This document shows, piece by piece, positions 40,069 through 50,598 of a DNA stretch of 64,000 nucleotides. The notes under the pieces are model-generated. The model was not told the origin of the DNA and did no database searches. It saw only the letters and a list, made by a program, of their open reading frames with translations. Position 1 is the first letter of the stretch. Each line of letters begins with the position of its first letter. A program made the translations under genes and the position numbers. The stretch is from Nitrospinaceae bacterium UBA7883. GTDB lineage: Bacteria; Nitrospinota_A; UBA7883. The DNA lies in contig DLRR01000012.1 in assembly GCA_002500605.1 (NCBI GenBank), positions 137,265 through 201,264 on the forward strand. The letters are read 5' to 3'.

Positions 40069-40928
40069 GTTCGACACGTTTTGTAGCAACTCGATTCTAC
40101 CAATTGGTGCCAAAGAGGCTCCGTTTGGCTCGTTTTATAACCTTGGCAGCATCAACGATACTTTGCTTAAACTTCTCATTTCAAACACATGCCGCTACAA
40201 ATCTTCCGTTCGTGTTAGGTGAAAAAGCTATCTATGACATTTCATGGTTCGGAATAATTGGAGGAGAAGGCACCTTACATATTAAGAAAAATTTTAGTTA
40301 TATGAATAACGAAATATATGAAATTGATATAAACGGTGTATCTGTCGGATGGGTTAGAGACTTGTACAAGGTTGATGATCACGCTTTTTCATATTTTGAT
40401 ATAAAAAATAAATATAGTCACCGAGCAGAAATTCAAATATCAGAAGGGTCTTATAAAAAAGTAAAAGTTATTGAGTTTGACCACAAAAATCTAACTGCTA
40501 CATACAGACAAAACGACTCCCCTCCAGAAACTTTTGAGATTGAATACGGCAGCCAAGACTCTTTTTCTGCTCTCTACGCATTAAGAACAATGCATCATAA
40601 ACTCAAGGTTGGTAAATCGATTTCACTGCCACTGTTTGAAGACAAGAAAAAATACGATTTGGAAGTTAGGGTCCTCCGCAAAGAAAGGTTACACCTTCCA
40701 CAAGGGATGATAGACACTATAGTAATCCAACCCATGCTAAAGACTGAAGGAGTTTTTCGACGCAAAGGGAAATTGACAATTTGGCTTGTTGACAATTACA
40801 GTCTGCTACCTATTAGAATAAAGACAAAAATCCTGATTGGCTCGTTTGTTGCGAATCTAAAGGAGTATGATGGGATTGAGTTGTCATTCATACCATATGC
40901 TAACCCTGCAAAGGGGAAAGATAAGTAA
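40062..40928 (+). CDS. Secreted hypothetical protein (DUF3108-like)
   Basis: 288 aa with a signal-peptide-like segment (ITLAASTILCLNFSFQTHAA); beta-rich; start uncertain. Overlaps the upstream gene by 7 nt and abuts nadE. Confidence 0.4.
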   Translation: MLSSTRFVATRFYQLVPKRLRLARFITLAASTILCLNFSFQTHAATNLPFVLGEKAIYDISWFGIIGGEGTLHIKKNFSYMNNEIYEIDINGVSVGWVRDLYKVDDHAFSYFDIKNKYSHRAEIQISEGSYKKVKVIEFDHKNLTATYRQNDSPPETFEIEYGSQDSFSALYALRTMHHKLKVGKSISLPLFEDKKKYDLEVRVLRKERLHLPQGMIDTIVIQPMLKTEGVFRRKGKLTIWLVDNYSLLPIRIKTKILIGSFVANLKEYDGIELSFIPYANPAKGKDK

Positions 40929-42607
40929 TGGTCCAATCGATTAGGGTAACGTTAGCTCAGTTAAACCTTGTTGTCGGTGATCTGTCGTATAACAGTCTCA
41001 AGATAATATCTGGAATTAACACTGCTAGGAAATTAGGTTCTCAAATAGTTGTCTTTCCGGAGCTATCTATATCTGGGTATCCGCCAGAAGACCTGCTTAC
41101 AAAAAACTCATTTGTCAAGCGTTGTGACGATGCATTGTATTGCATTGCAGAAAAAGTTACTGACATTGTAGTAATTTTGGGATCGCCTGTTAACATGAAC
41201 GGGGTAGTAAACGCAGCCATTACTATATGCAACAGAGAAGTTGTTTGCAAAAACACAAAAATAGCCTTACCAAACTATGGGGTTTTTGATGAACGAAGGT
41301 ACTTTGCACCGGGCAAAGGCGGTCCATTAGTAAAGGTAAACGACGCAATTGTTGGAATTTCTGTATGTGAGGATATGTGGGTTGAAAACTCCATACTAAA
41401 GGACCAAGGCCAAACAGGAGTAAATCTTTTCATAAACATTTCTTCGTCTCCTTATCGGTTAGGGGCAGATAACGAAAGAACTAAGATAGCGGCTCAATGG
41501 TCGTCTAGCTATGCAGCACCTTTACTCTATTGCAACCTCATAGGAGGTCAAGATGAATTGGTATTTGATGGTGGCTCATTTATCACTAACGATAAGGGTA
41601 ATGTCGTAGCAAAAGCAGCCTCCTTTAAGGAAGATTTTTTAACAATGGACATCCCATTTGCTCTCCGTAGCACATCTGTTAATAATGCCAGAGAAATTGT
41701 AATTTCTAACTCAAACTTGCCACGCATTGATCCCCCCCCCAATTGTGCATCCCTAGATGAGGATGAGGAAGTATATAATGCTCTCGCTTTAGGTTTATCC
41801 GACTATGTTGAGAAAAATAGATTTAAGGGTGTTGTAATAGCTCTCTCGGGCGGTATCGACTCAGCTCTCACTACAATGATTGCTACTGACGCTTTAGGCC
41901 CAGAACGTGTACATGTGATAATAATGCCGTCCCACTACTCCTCTGAGGAGTCAATATCAGATTCAGTCAAAATGGCTAAAAACTTAAAAGTAGAACTCTT
42001 AAATCTACCCATATCCAGTCTGATGAACTGCTTTGAACAAACATTAAGCAATGTTTTCAAAGGGAAACAACAGGACGTGACGGAAGAAAATATTCAGGCG
42101 CGTATTAGGGGTAACCTAGTCATGGCGCTGTCAAACAAGTTTGGATGGCTAGCGTTAGCTACGGGAAATAAAAGTGAAATGGCCGTAGGTTATTGCACTC
42201 TTTATGGTGACATGGTAGGCGGCTTTGCTATAATAAAGGATCTTTTTAAAAGCCGAGTATACAAGCTATGTCAGTGGAGGAATGAGCAAGAAGGTTGGGA
42301 TATTATTCCAAAAAGCATCATAGAAAAAGCTCCTTCCGCTGAGTTGAGACCTGGCCAATTTGATACTGATTCACTTCCCCCATACAATGTTTTAGACCCC
42401 ATACTTTTGGAGTATATTGAAAAAGAGAAGGGAATTGATGACATTGTACACCTAGGTTACGAGAGAAGCTTAGTTACTAAAATTATCACTATGGTAGACA
42501 AGTCAGAGTACAAACGCAGGCAGGGTCCTATCGGTGTAAAGATTACCTCTAAAGCTTTTGGCCGTGATAGAAGATTACCGATAACGTGTGGGTATACAGA
42601 TAAGTAG
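40928..42607 (+). CDS. nadE: Glutamine-dependent NAD+ synthetase
   Basis: 559 aa with an N-terminal nitrilase/CN-hydrolase domain (catalytic Cys in VCEDMW) and a C-terminal NAD synthetase PP-loop SGGIDS. Confidence 0.9.
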   Translation: MVQSIRVTLAQLNLVVGDLSYNSLKIISGINTARKLGSQIVVFPELSISGYPPEDLLTKNSFVKRCDDALYCIAEKVTDIVVILGSPVNMNGVVNAAITICNREVVCKNTKIALPNYGVFDERRYFAPGKGGPLVKVNDAIVGISVCEDMWVENSILKDQGQTGVNLFINISSSPYRLGADNERTKIAAQWSSSYAAPLLYCNLIGGQDELVFDGGSFITNDKGNVVAKAASFKEDFLTMDIPFALRSTSVNNAREIVISNSNLPRIDPPPNCASLDEDEEVYNALALGLSDYVEKNRFKGVVIALSGGIDSALTTMIATDALGPERVHVIIMPSHYSSEESISDSVKMAKNLKVELLNLPISSLMNCFEQTLSNVFKGKQQDVTEENIQARIRGNLVMALSNKFGWLALATGNKSEMAVGYCTLYGDMVGGFAIIKDLFKSRVYKLCQWRNEQEGWDIIPKSIIEKAPSAELRPGQFDTDSLPPYNVLDPILLEYIEKEKGIDDIVHLGYERSLVTKIITMVDKSEYKRRQGPIGVKITSKAFGRDRRLPITCGYTDK

Positions 42608-42625
42608 TTTTTAAGAGAGGCTATA

Positions 42626-43168
42626 TTGAATTTCGTACCAAAACAAATGTTTTTTACGCGTGGGGTAGGAACTCACCGTGCTGAATTACGGTCCTTTGAA
42701 TTGGCGCTTCGCGAGGCTGGAGTAGAGAAATGTAACCTAGTTTATGTTTCATCTATTTTACCTCCAAAATGCAAAATAATTTCCAAGCGTGAAGGTCTTA
42801 AATTGCTAAAACCTGGTCAGATGACATTTTGCGTAATGGCTAGAGTGGCTAGCAATGAACCACACAGGCTTATCTTTTCCTCAATCGGTTGTGCTGTTCC
42901 ATCTGACAAAAACAGTTATGGCTATTTGAGTGAACATCATGGATTTGGTCAAACAGAACAAGCGGCGGGGGATTATGCAGAAGACTTAGCTGCTGCCATG
43001 TTGGCTTCCACTCTAGGTATTGAATTTGACGAGGACAAAGCTTGGGACGAAAAAAAAGAAGTTTTCAGGATGTCCAACAAAATTGTAAAAACAAAAAACG
43101 TCACCCAATCAGCTATTGTTAAAAAGAATTACACAACTGTTGTGGCTGCTGCCGTCTTCATACTTTGA
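42626..43168 (+). CDS. pdaD: Pyruvoyl-dependent arginine decarboxylase
   Basis: 180 aa. N-terminus VPKQMFFTRGVGTHRAELRSFELALREAGV and the self-cleavage SS dipeptide region (YVSSILPP) are typical of PdaD. Confidence 0.8.
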   Translation: MNFVPKQMFFTRGVGTHRAELRSFELALREAGVEKCNLVYVSSILPPKCKIISKREGLKLLKPGQMTFCVMARVASNEPHRLIFSSIGCAVPSDKNSYGYLSEHHGFGQTEQAAGDYAEDLAAAMLASTLGIEFDEDKAWDEKKEVFRMSNKIVKTKNVTQSAIVKKNYTTVVAAAVFIL

Positions 43169-43206
43169 TGAGAATGATAGCTAAGTTTACTGTAGTGTTT
43201 AAACAA

Positions 43207-44217
43207 CTATTCTTCAGTTAATTTCTCAGCAATTTGCACCGCATTGAGTGCTGCACCTTTTCGAATGTTATCGGCTACTACCCACAGATTGAGCCCGTTT
43301 TCGACTGTATTGTCATCTCGAATTCTACCCACATAAACCAGGTCCTTCCCAGCAGCATCTATAGCCATCGGGTATTTGAAATGTTCTGTATTATCCACCA
43401 CTTCAATACCTTGCGATGAGGAAAGAATGGTCTTAGCTTGATCGGCAGAAAGAGGCTTCTCGAACTCCAAATTCACCGATTCACAGTGACAGTAAAATAT
43501 TGGTACTCGCACTGTTGTAGCGGTTAATTCTATGGAGTAATCTTCCATGATTTTTTTTGTTTCATTGACCATTTTTAATTCTTCATTAGTATAGCCAGTG
43601 TCGTCAAATACATCTATATGCGGGATACAGTTGAATGCGATTTGATATGGAAACTTTACAGGATTAATGTCTTGCATTGAAAAAACCTGTCTAGTTTGTT
43701 CTGATAGTTCATTAATCGCCTGTTTTCCAGCCCCTGAAACAGACTGATACGTTGATACCACGACTCTTTTAACCCTCGCAATATCGTGCAGCGGCTTTAA
43801 AACCAATACCATTTGAATTGTGGCGCAGTTTGGGTTAGCTATTATCCCATTGTGCCTACCAACCGAATGGCCATTTACTTCTGGTACAATTAAAGGAACT
43901 TCAGGATCATTCCTAAAAGCTGAAGAATTGTCTACTACCACCGCACCAGCATCCACAGCTACTCGTGCAAACTCTCTGCTCCTTATCGCACCTGCTGAGA
44001 ACAACGCAATATCCACCCCTGAGAAAGAATCGGTTGTGAGTTCCTCCACCACACATTGCTCTCCCATAAAGTCAATGTTAATGCCAGCTGACCGGCTGGA
44101 AGCAAGAAGTTTGATCTCATTAATTGGGAAGTTTCTTTGTGCGAGTATTTTTATCATCTCCTCACCAACAGCCCCAGTGGCTCCAACCACAGCAACGTTA
44201 TACAATTTAGCGCTCAC
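43207..44217 (-). CDS. asd: Aspartate-semialdehyde dehydrogenase
   Basis: 336 aa. N-terminus VAVVGATGAVGEE (NADP Rossmann) and active-site Cys in NPNCATIQMV. Confidence 0.9.
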   Translation of the reverse strand: MSAKLYNVAVVGATGAVGEEMIKILAQRNFPINEIKLLASSRSAGINIDFMGEQCVVEELTTDSFSGVDIALFSAGAIRSREFARVAVDAGAVVVDNSSAFRNDPEVPLIVPEVNGHSVGRHNGIIANPNCATIQMVLVLKPLHDIARVKRVVVSTYQSVSGAGKQAINELSEQTRQVFSMQDINPVKFPYQIAFNCIPHIDVFDDTGYTNEELKMVNETKKIMEDYSIELTATTVRVPIFYCHCESVNLEFEKPLSADQAKTILSSSQGIEVVDNTEHFKYPMAIDAAGKDLVYVGRIRDDNTVENGLNLWVVADNIRKGAALNAVQIAEKLTEE

Positions 44218-44259
44218 ATGAAATACCTTTCAACGTCTTGTTTTACTATACAAAAGTTC

Positions 44260-45399
44260 TTATTTGATGGACGAGGCAATTAGCTGACCCATTTCTTTCG
44301 TTCCCACTTGTTTCATCCCCTTAGTATAAATGTCTTGAGTCCTATAGCCACCATTTAACACATTTTGTATTGCGTCTTCTATGTCTTTGGCAGCATCTGG
44401 ATACCCAAAAGTATATTTCATCATCATTGCCACAGATAGGATTATGGCTATGGGGTTTGCTTTGTTTTGGTCTGCAATATCCGGTGCAGAGCCATGTACT
44501 GGTTCATACATTCCTTTATAACCATAATCAAGATTATCTCGAATGTGCTTTTCCGACCCCAAAGAAGCTGAAGGAAGCATACCAATGCTACCAGTTAGCA
44601 TCGCCGCCTCATCGGAAAGAATATCACCGAACAAGTTAGTTGTAACTATTACATCAAATTGCCTTGGATATCTGACAAGTTGCATAGCACAATTATCAAC
44701 ATACATATGTGAAAGATCTACATCCTTATAATCATTGTGAACTTCTGTTACTACCCTACGCCAAAGCTCGGTGCTTTCTAGAACATTGGCTTTGTCGACA
44801 CTACAAACCCTCTTATTTCTTATTTGGGCCATTTCAAACGCTACCCTTGCAATGCGTTCAATTTCAGGCGTTGTGTAAACCAAGGTATTAATGCCTTTCT
44901 CAACACCATCTTTATTCTTGGTGACACCTTTTGGCTCACCAAAATATATTCCCCCAACAAGTTCACGAACTACCATAATATCTATGCCTTCTACCACCTC
45001 ACGTTTGAGTGTAGAAGAATCAATTAGTGCAGGGTCTATTTTTGCTGGTCTCAGGTTTGCAAAAAGATCTAGCTTCGCCCGCAGACCAAGAAGTGCTCTT
45101 TCCGGACGAACTGAATAGTCAAGTGATTCCCATTGAGGTCCACCAACTGCGGCAAGCAGGATAGCGTCACTATCTATGGCAAGCTGAAGAGTGTCGTCAG
45201 GTAACGGATTTCCACATTTTTCATAAGCTACACCACCAACTAAAGCTTTTTCAATTTCAATACTAAACCCGTACTTATGGTTTACCACATCCAAAATTTT
45301 AATGGCTTCCTCAGCAATTTCCTCACCAATCCCATCCCCAGGGAAAACAGCAATTTTCTCAGTCATCGTAGAGATATCCTTCAGATTGAAAAGGAGCAA
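44260..45399 (-). CDS. leuB: 3-isopropylmalate dehydrogenase (isocitrate/isopropylmalate dehydrogenase family)
   Basis: 379 aa. N-terminus [14 protein letters not shown]; the [27 protein letters not shown] motif is characteristic. Confidence 0.8.
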   Translation of the reverse strand: MLLFNLKDISTMTEKIAVFPGDGIGEEIAEEAIKILDVVNHKYGFSIEIEKALVGGVAYEKCGNPLPDDTLQLAIDSDAILLAAVGGPQWESLDYSVRPERALLGLRAKLDLFANLRPAKIDPALIDSSTLKREVVEGIDIMVVRELVGGIYFGEPKGVTKNKDGVEKGINTLVYTTPEIERIARVAFEMAQIRNKRVCSVDKANVLESTELWRRVVTEVHNDYKDVDLSHMYVDNCAMQLVRYPRQFDVIVTTNLFGDILSDEAAMLTGSIGMLPSASLGSEKHIRDNLDYGYKGMYEPVHGSAPDIADQNKANPIAIILSVAMMMKYTFGYPDAAKDIEDAIQNVLNGGYRTQDIYTKGMKQVGTKEMGQLIASSIK

Positions 45400-45711
45400 T
45401 TTTAACAGAGCCGAATAAAACCTGGCAATATTTTGTTACTTTTTTATTACAAATCGTTATCAAACAAATATTTAACATGGAGTGGGTAATACAAATTCTC
45501 GTATTTTATCTATACAAATTGCTTTGTGGCGTTAAATTTAATCATAATATTGGTTGCATCTAATTACCAGATAATTGTAGACTCAAAAGGTGAAAGTAAG
45601 GCTAATTAGCTTGTAACAAAGTTTCAGGCACATTTATCGTTTATCTACGAATGGTGATTCGAACAGTCGCTCATAGTTAAAAGCATTCATGATATTAGAG
45701 CTACTGCTAGG

Positions 45712-45924
45712 ATGGTGGAGGGTACAGTGAAGCATCCAAACAAGGTTAAAGAATTTCGGGATAACCTTATGTTATCAAAAGCAGAGCTTGCCAGAAAAGC
45801 CGGTATTTCTGTTCAGACACTTAACAGAATCGAAAGTGGTGAGGCATGCCGTGTTGATACACAAAGAAAAATACTGGAAGCGTTAGACGTTAAAGTAGAA
45901 AATAAGAATAGTATTTTCTCTTAA
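45712..45924 (+). CDS. XRE-family helix-turn-helix transcriptional regulator
   Basis: 70 aa with HTH SKAELARKAGISVQTLNRIESGE. Confidence 0.7.
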   Translation: MVEGTVKHPNKVKEFRDNLMLSKAELARKAGISVQTLNRIESGEACRVDTQRKILEALDVKVENKNSIFS

Positions 45925-45990
45925 TGGAGAAAGCACTGCGTACTTTCTATATGCAACCCTGCTATTAAGACGATTTCAACATCATTTTAT

Positions 45991-47700
45991 TTACATACCT
46001 GAAAAATCTGGCCCATAACCATGCATAGCCGCATTTACTCTTAGGTTGGAGTTGGGGCAAACAATTTCGCAGGTTCTACATTGCACACAATTCTCTAAAG
46101 CCATGCTGTGGTACCTATAGTCACCATTATCAAGGGTCTGGTGAACGTCTGCTGTGCAATCCCCAACACATGGTGTTTTATAACCAGCTGCATCGTATTC
46201 CTTAATACAGTTTGCACAAACATTGGCATCAAGTTCGTCTATATGGTTGTTATCTTCTTCGTAGTGAGTATTAGCGTAAAACACAACGTCGGCAGTCGAA
46301 TACAAAAGTGAATGGTCAAACCCTACCGGCGATTCCTTTTCAGCTTTTTTGAACCCTTTACTGACACTTAAACGGTCTTCCTCGTAAACGACAGGGCCTT
46401 TATCGGAAGGATTTTCTATCATTTTTTTTGCATTTAATAGTTCCAATGATCCAAAAGGGTCCTTTATTCCCATCTTCATAACAGCATACCAGGGAGCTTT
46501 ACCAGCGTTTATAGAATCTATTATTCCAGGGATTACTTTTTTGTTTAGTTCTGGATAGTCCACAAAGGCCTGCCTAAAGTAGCGAGAATTCCTGATCTCT
46601 TGGCCGACCCATCCGTTCATAAGATTTTCTTGGAATAAGCCTAGCGCAGTACCTGAAAAATCACCATCTTCCAAGGCTTTTAGTACAGATTCAGCTGCTT
46701 GGTATCCACTTTCCATAGCTTTATCCACTCCTGAAAACCGCTTAACATCCAGCGTTCCACAAGCATCACCTAATAGAATAGCTCCATCAACAGCAAACTT
46801 TTCAGGCATAGAATAGTAGCCGCCTTCAGGCAAAATAGCAGCACCATACTTAATAAGTTTGCCTCCACGAATCATATCCTGCACATAGTGGTGTTTTTTT
46901 AACTCTTGCAAGATTTGTGGAGGCTCAATATTTGGGTTCTGAAAAGCACAACTAAGAACCATACCAATGGCTAGTTTATTATTTTTGCATCCATAAATGA
47001 ATCCCCCCCCAAAGTGACCCGGTTCCATAGGATATCCGATGGTATGCCATACCTTCCCTTCGTAGCTTTCATTTGTCTCCCATACCTCTTTAACACCAAC
47101 GGAATAAATTTGTGGGTTATTACTCAAATTGAATTTTGTAACGATTTCACGACTTAAAAAGCCCTTGTCACCGAAAGAAATAACATTGCCATAGCAAATA
47201 TCGCTTTCATCATCACCTGTGTCATCTACGCGAACGCCGATCACACGGTTTCCGTCGTAGATTATACTTGTGGCAGCAAAGCCGGGGAAAACATCGACGA
47301 TGGCCCCATCTTTCCCTTGCTCAAGCTCTTTGATCTGTCTCACCATATAGGTAGCCAAATCTGAGAGATTTAAAATCGCGTAACCTTCTTTTTTAAAATA
47401 AGGTGGAGTGGCAAAGCTAGGTAAGTTTTCCCAACGCCTCGCACTTACCAACGAAAGGTTGCTCTCTTGGACGATGCCTTGCAGGGGAAAATCTGAATTC
47501 ATCCAGTTGGGAAATAGTTTTGAAATTACTCTAGGGTTTGAAACTGCGCCCGATAACAAGTGAGAACCAACCGCTTTCCCTTTTTCAAATATAGCAATTT
47601 TTATCGGTTTTTTTGCCAACTGCAACAGTCTGTATGCCAGAGTAAGGTTGGCTGGGCCAGCTCCCACTAATACGACATCGTATTTAATACACTCGGACAC
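45991..47700 (-). CDS. Electron-transfer flavoprotein:quinone oxidoreductase (ETF-QO, FixC/FixX-like fused)
   Basis: 569 aa with an N-terminal FAD Rossmann DVVLVGAGPANL and a C-terminal 4Fe-4S ferredoxin motif CVQCRTCEIVCP. Confidence 0.85.
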   Translation of the reverse strand: MSECIKYDVVLVGAGPANLTLAYRLLQLAKKPIKIAIFEKGKAVGSHLLSGAVSNPRVISKLFPNWMNSDFPLQGIVQESNLSLVSARRWENLPSFATPPYFKKEGYAILNLSDLATYMVRQIKELEQGKDGAIVDVFPGFAATSIIYDGNRVIGVRVDDTGDDESDICYGNVISFGDKGFLSREIVTKFNLSNNPQIYSVGVKEVWETNESYEGKVWHTIGYPMEPGHFGGGFIYGCKNNKLAIGMVLSCAFQNPNIEPPQILQELKKHHYVQDMIRGGKLIKYGAAILPEGGYYSMPEKFAVDGAILLGDACGTLDVKRFSGVDKAMESGYQAAESVLKALEDGDFSGTALGLFQENLMNGWVGQEIRNSRYFRQAFVDYPELNKKVIPGIIDSINAGKAPWYAVMKMGIKDPFGSLELLNAKKMIENPSDKGPVVYEEDRLSVSKGFKKAEKESPVGFDHSLLYSTADVVFYANTHYEEDNNHIDELDANVCANCIKEYDAAGYKTPCVGDCTADVHQTLDNGDYRYHSMALENCVQCRTCEIVCPNSNLRVNAAMHGYGPDFSGM

Positions 47701-47765
47701 TTATTTCTCCTCTGCCATTACATTTCACTATTTCAAGTTACAATAAATATTGTCCAATATAATGT

Positions 47766-48818
47766 TCAATTTCCCATCACTTTCTTAAACTGTTCCTTGA
47801 GTAATGGTACAACTTCGTACAAATCACCCACAATTCCGTAATGGGCAAACTGAAATATAGGCGCATTTTCATCTTTATTTACAGCAATAATGGTTTCAGA
47901 ATTACTAATACCGACCCTATGTTGGATTGCACCAGATATTCCTAAGGCTATGTATACAACAGGACGAACTGTCTTTCCTGTCTGTCCTACCTGATGAGCA
48001 TATGGTATCCACCCCGAGTCCACTGCCTTTCTAGAAGCGCCAATAGCGGAATCGTTGAAAATAGTGGAGAAGTCCTTTAACAGGTTAAAGCCTTCCTCAC
48101 CACCAAGCCCAAATCCACCAGAAACAATAACCTTGGCTTTCACAAGATCAAGGTCTTTTGAAACCTCCCTTATTGTTTCGATAACTTTCACACGGAAATC
48201 GGATTTGTCAAACTCTACTTTCATGGGAATAATTTCCCCAGACCGCTTTGTATTTACCCGGGACGGAATCATTGCACCCGCCCTAGCGGTAGCCATCTGT
48301 GGATTCTTCCATGGACCCAAGATTCTGGCCTTAAGGCTTTCTCCAAAACTTGGGCGAATAGCATACAGACAGTTTTTAAATGTCCCAATTTTAGATGGGT
48401 CAGCTTTCCCCTTATGGGTATACTCACCTATATCGAGTTCTGTACAGTCGGCTGTAAGACCAGTTTCAAAGTAAGCAGCAATTCTTGGCGCAAGATCACG
48501 CCCAAGAGTTGTGGCTCCACAAAGCACAATGTGTGGAGGCTTTTCGAAGGAATTAAGTACAGCTATAGCGGCCCGCCTGTAAGTTAAGGTCGTATATTCT
48601 TTCAATTCAGGCTGGTCCACTATGTAAACCTCATCAGCCCCTCTCTCAATCAAAATCTGTGGAATATCTTTTAGGTTGTGGCCCATTACAAGCGCCTGAA
48701 CTTTAACACCGAGTTTTTCAGCTAACTCTTTGGCCGCTCCTAATAATTCCATCGAAACAGGCCTCAAGTCGTTTTGAATTTGGTCTGCTATAACAAACAC
48801 ATTTTCAAAGTTATTCAC
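47766..48818 (-). CDS. etfA: Electron transfer flavoprotein alpha subunit
   Basis: 350 aa; the FAD-binding C-terminal region IVSGGFGLGGEEGFNLL...AIGASRKAVD is typical. Confidence 0.85.
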   Translation of the reverse strand: MNNFENVFVIADQIQNDLRPVSMELLGAAKELAEKLGVKVQALVMGHNLKDIPQILIERGADEVYIVDQPELKEYTTLTYRRAAIAVLNSFEKPPHIVLCGATTLGRDLAPRIAAYFETGLTADCTELDIGEYTHKGKADPSKIGTFKNCLYAIRPSFGESLKARILGPWKNPQMATARAGAMIPSRVNTKRSGEIIPMKVEFDKSDFRVKVIETIREVSKDLDLVKAKVIVSGGFGLGGEEGFNLLKDFSTIFNDSAIGASRKAVDSGWIPYAHQVGQTGKTVRPVVYIALGISGAIQHRVGISNSETIIAVNKDENAPIFQFAHYGIVGDLYEVVPLLKEQFKKVMGN

Positions 48819-49660
48819 CGGACATATTCCTCAATTCCACGTCCCTCTGTACTAAGACAGTCAACTAGTGTTTCAACTTCTTTTGATACGGCTGCCCCTT
48901 TAAACAACCTGCAAGATCCCCCCTTTTCCCCAATTTTCCATGTCTTTCCAACAACTGTCGGGGAACCAACAAGCCCGACCTTTTTTGGGTCGGCATTGAT
49001 CTTGTCAAGATCCAAAAGTTGTATTCTCTCTTTTTTAGCTTGCTCGTCGCGAAGCAGCTCTTTTGATCTATACACATTGGCAAACTGTTTGTGCTCTAGC
49101 CTGGTAGCTGAGTTGGCTACAGTCACAAGTATAGGCATCGGTGCCTCGAGTTTCTGCACTCCGCCATCAATGATCCTACTGGCTTTTACTTTTCCATTTT
49201 CTACTATTAAGTCTTCGCAGTAGGTAATCTGAGGGTAGTTAAGACGTTCCGCAATCTGCGGTCCAGTTTGAGCTGTATCGCCATCTGTGGTTTGGAGCCC
49301 GGTAAAGACTATGTCAACATCTTTTATGTATTCTATGCATTTAAACAATGCATAAGCAGTAGCCAAAGTGTCGGAAGCAGCAAGGCGTTTATCGCTTAAT
49401 AGAAAGCCTTTGTCGGCACCATGTTCAATTGCGTCAAATAAAACTTCTATGGCAGGAGGCGGTCCCATTGAAATCGCAATAATCACACCCCCATGTTCGG
49501 CTCGCAACTCCAAAGCCTTTTGAAGCGCAAACTTATCAAAAGGATTTATCATCCTTTTGGCTCTCGCTCTGTCAACCGTTCCGTCGGGGTTTACTCCTGC
49601 GACACTTGAAGTATCTGGAACCTGTTTTATTAATACAACAATTTTTAACTCGTCGCTCAT
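48815..49660 (-). CDS. etfB: Electron transfer flavoprotein beta subunit
   Basis: 281 aa. N-terminus KIVVLIKQVPDT is the EtfB hallmark; 4-nt overlap with etfA. Confidence 0.85.
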   Translation of the reverse strand: MSDELKIVVLIKQVPDTSSVAGVNPDGTVDRARAKRMINPFDKFALQKALELRAEHGGVIIAISMGPPPAIEVLFDAIEHGADKGFLLSDKRLAASDTLATAYALFKCIEYIKDVDIVFTGLQTTDGDTAQTGPQIAERLNYPQITYCEDLIVENGKVKASRIIDGGVQKLEAPMPILVTVANSATRLEHKQFANVYRSKELLRDEQAKKERIQLLDLDKINADPKKVGLVGSPTVVGKTWKIGEKGGSCRLFKGAAVSKEVETLVDCLSTEGRGIEEYVR

Positions 49661-49815
49661 TCAACCCTTATCCATCCTAGCAAGAAAACACGCTATACTA
49701 GGCAACAGCTAATTAAAAACGTAGGATATTGCCACAATACAATATCTATTAAAAGCAAAATTTTGACAACACAAATAATATAATCTAATATCCGCCTATT
49801 TGGACTGCCCCATAA

Positions 49816-50424
49816 ATGAAGGTTATCAATATTGACCAACACAGATCTCTTAATAAACAGTTAAAAAGCGTGATAACTAAGACCAGGCTGGATACCGTTT
49901 TTATCTACCCAACAGACACCATATATGGTCTAGGATGCAACATTTTCTCAAAAGAAGCCATAAACCGAATTTCCAATATCAAAAAACGATCCCAAAACAC
50001 GCCATTTTCATTTATTTGTAAGGATATAACTCAAGTTAGTGAATTCGCTGTTATTGCTGACTGGGCTTATGGAATGATTAATAATTGTTTACCAGGACCA
50101 TATACTTTCATTCTTGAAGCTAGAAAAACTAATATTCCAACGAATATGTTGGGTGAACGAAATACAGTTGGAGTGAGAATACCTGGAAACAACGTCTGCC
50201 AAACAATACTTGAGCTAATAGAGCAACCCATACTCTCTACATCTGTAAACCTTTCTGGGCAAGAACCAATTCACGACCCTAGTCAATTCCCAAAAGAATT
50301 TTTAAGTAAAGTTGACGTCATCATATCTGCAGGACTACTTGAAAATAAGCCCTCCACTGTGATAGATATAAGTGGCTCTAAGCCGATTTTAATAAGGGCT
50401 GGTAAAGGGGAAATTCCCTGGTGA
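49816..50424 (+). CDS. tsaC: L-threonylcarbamoyladenylate synthase (YrdC/Sua5 domain)
   Basis: 202 aa of the YrdC family (VFIYPTDTIYGLGC). Confidence 0.8.
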   Translation: MKVINIDQHRSLNKQLKSVITKTRLDTVFIYPTDTIYGLGCNIFSKEAINRISNIKKRSQNTPFSFICKDITQVSEFAVIADWAYGMINNCLPGPYTFILEARKTNIPTNMLGERNTVGVRIPGNNVCQTILELIEQPILSTSVNLSGQEPIHDPSQFPKEFLSKVDVIISAGLLENKPSTVIDISGSKPILIRAGKGEIPW

Positions 50425-50598
50425 CAAAATTTAGCTCCAAATTTAAACCTCTATTTCTGTTATTAACATAAAAGCAATAATCAATACGCTGTTTGTTCCC
50501 ATTTAAATAAAAGGTAGGATGTGGAATGGTAAATAGTCCTCTGCATCCACTATAATTACCCACTAGAAGGTGGAAAAAAACTAAGGAGACTAATACAT

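Noticed and set aside
41725-41745. Homopolymer C9 in nadE (encoding PPP), and G8/C8 in ETF-QO near 47001, as possible slippage or phase-variation tracts
   Set aside because: Both keep long, conserved ORFs intact and encode plausible Pro/Gly residues. They are housekeeping genes, which are unlikely contingency loci.
45400-45711. 312-bp AT-rich divergent intergenic region (leuB / XRE regulator) inspected for sRNA, tRNA or repeats
   Set aside because: No convincing stem-loop, tRNA-like or repeated structure was recognisable by eye. It most likely holds two divergent promoters.
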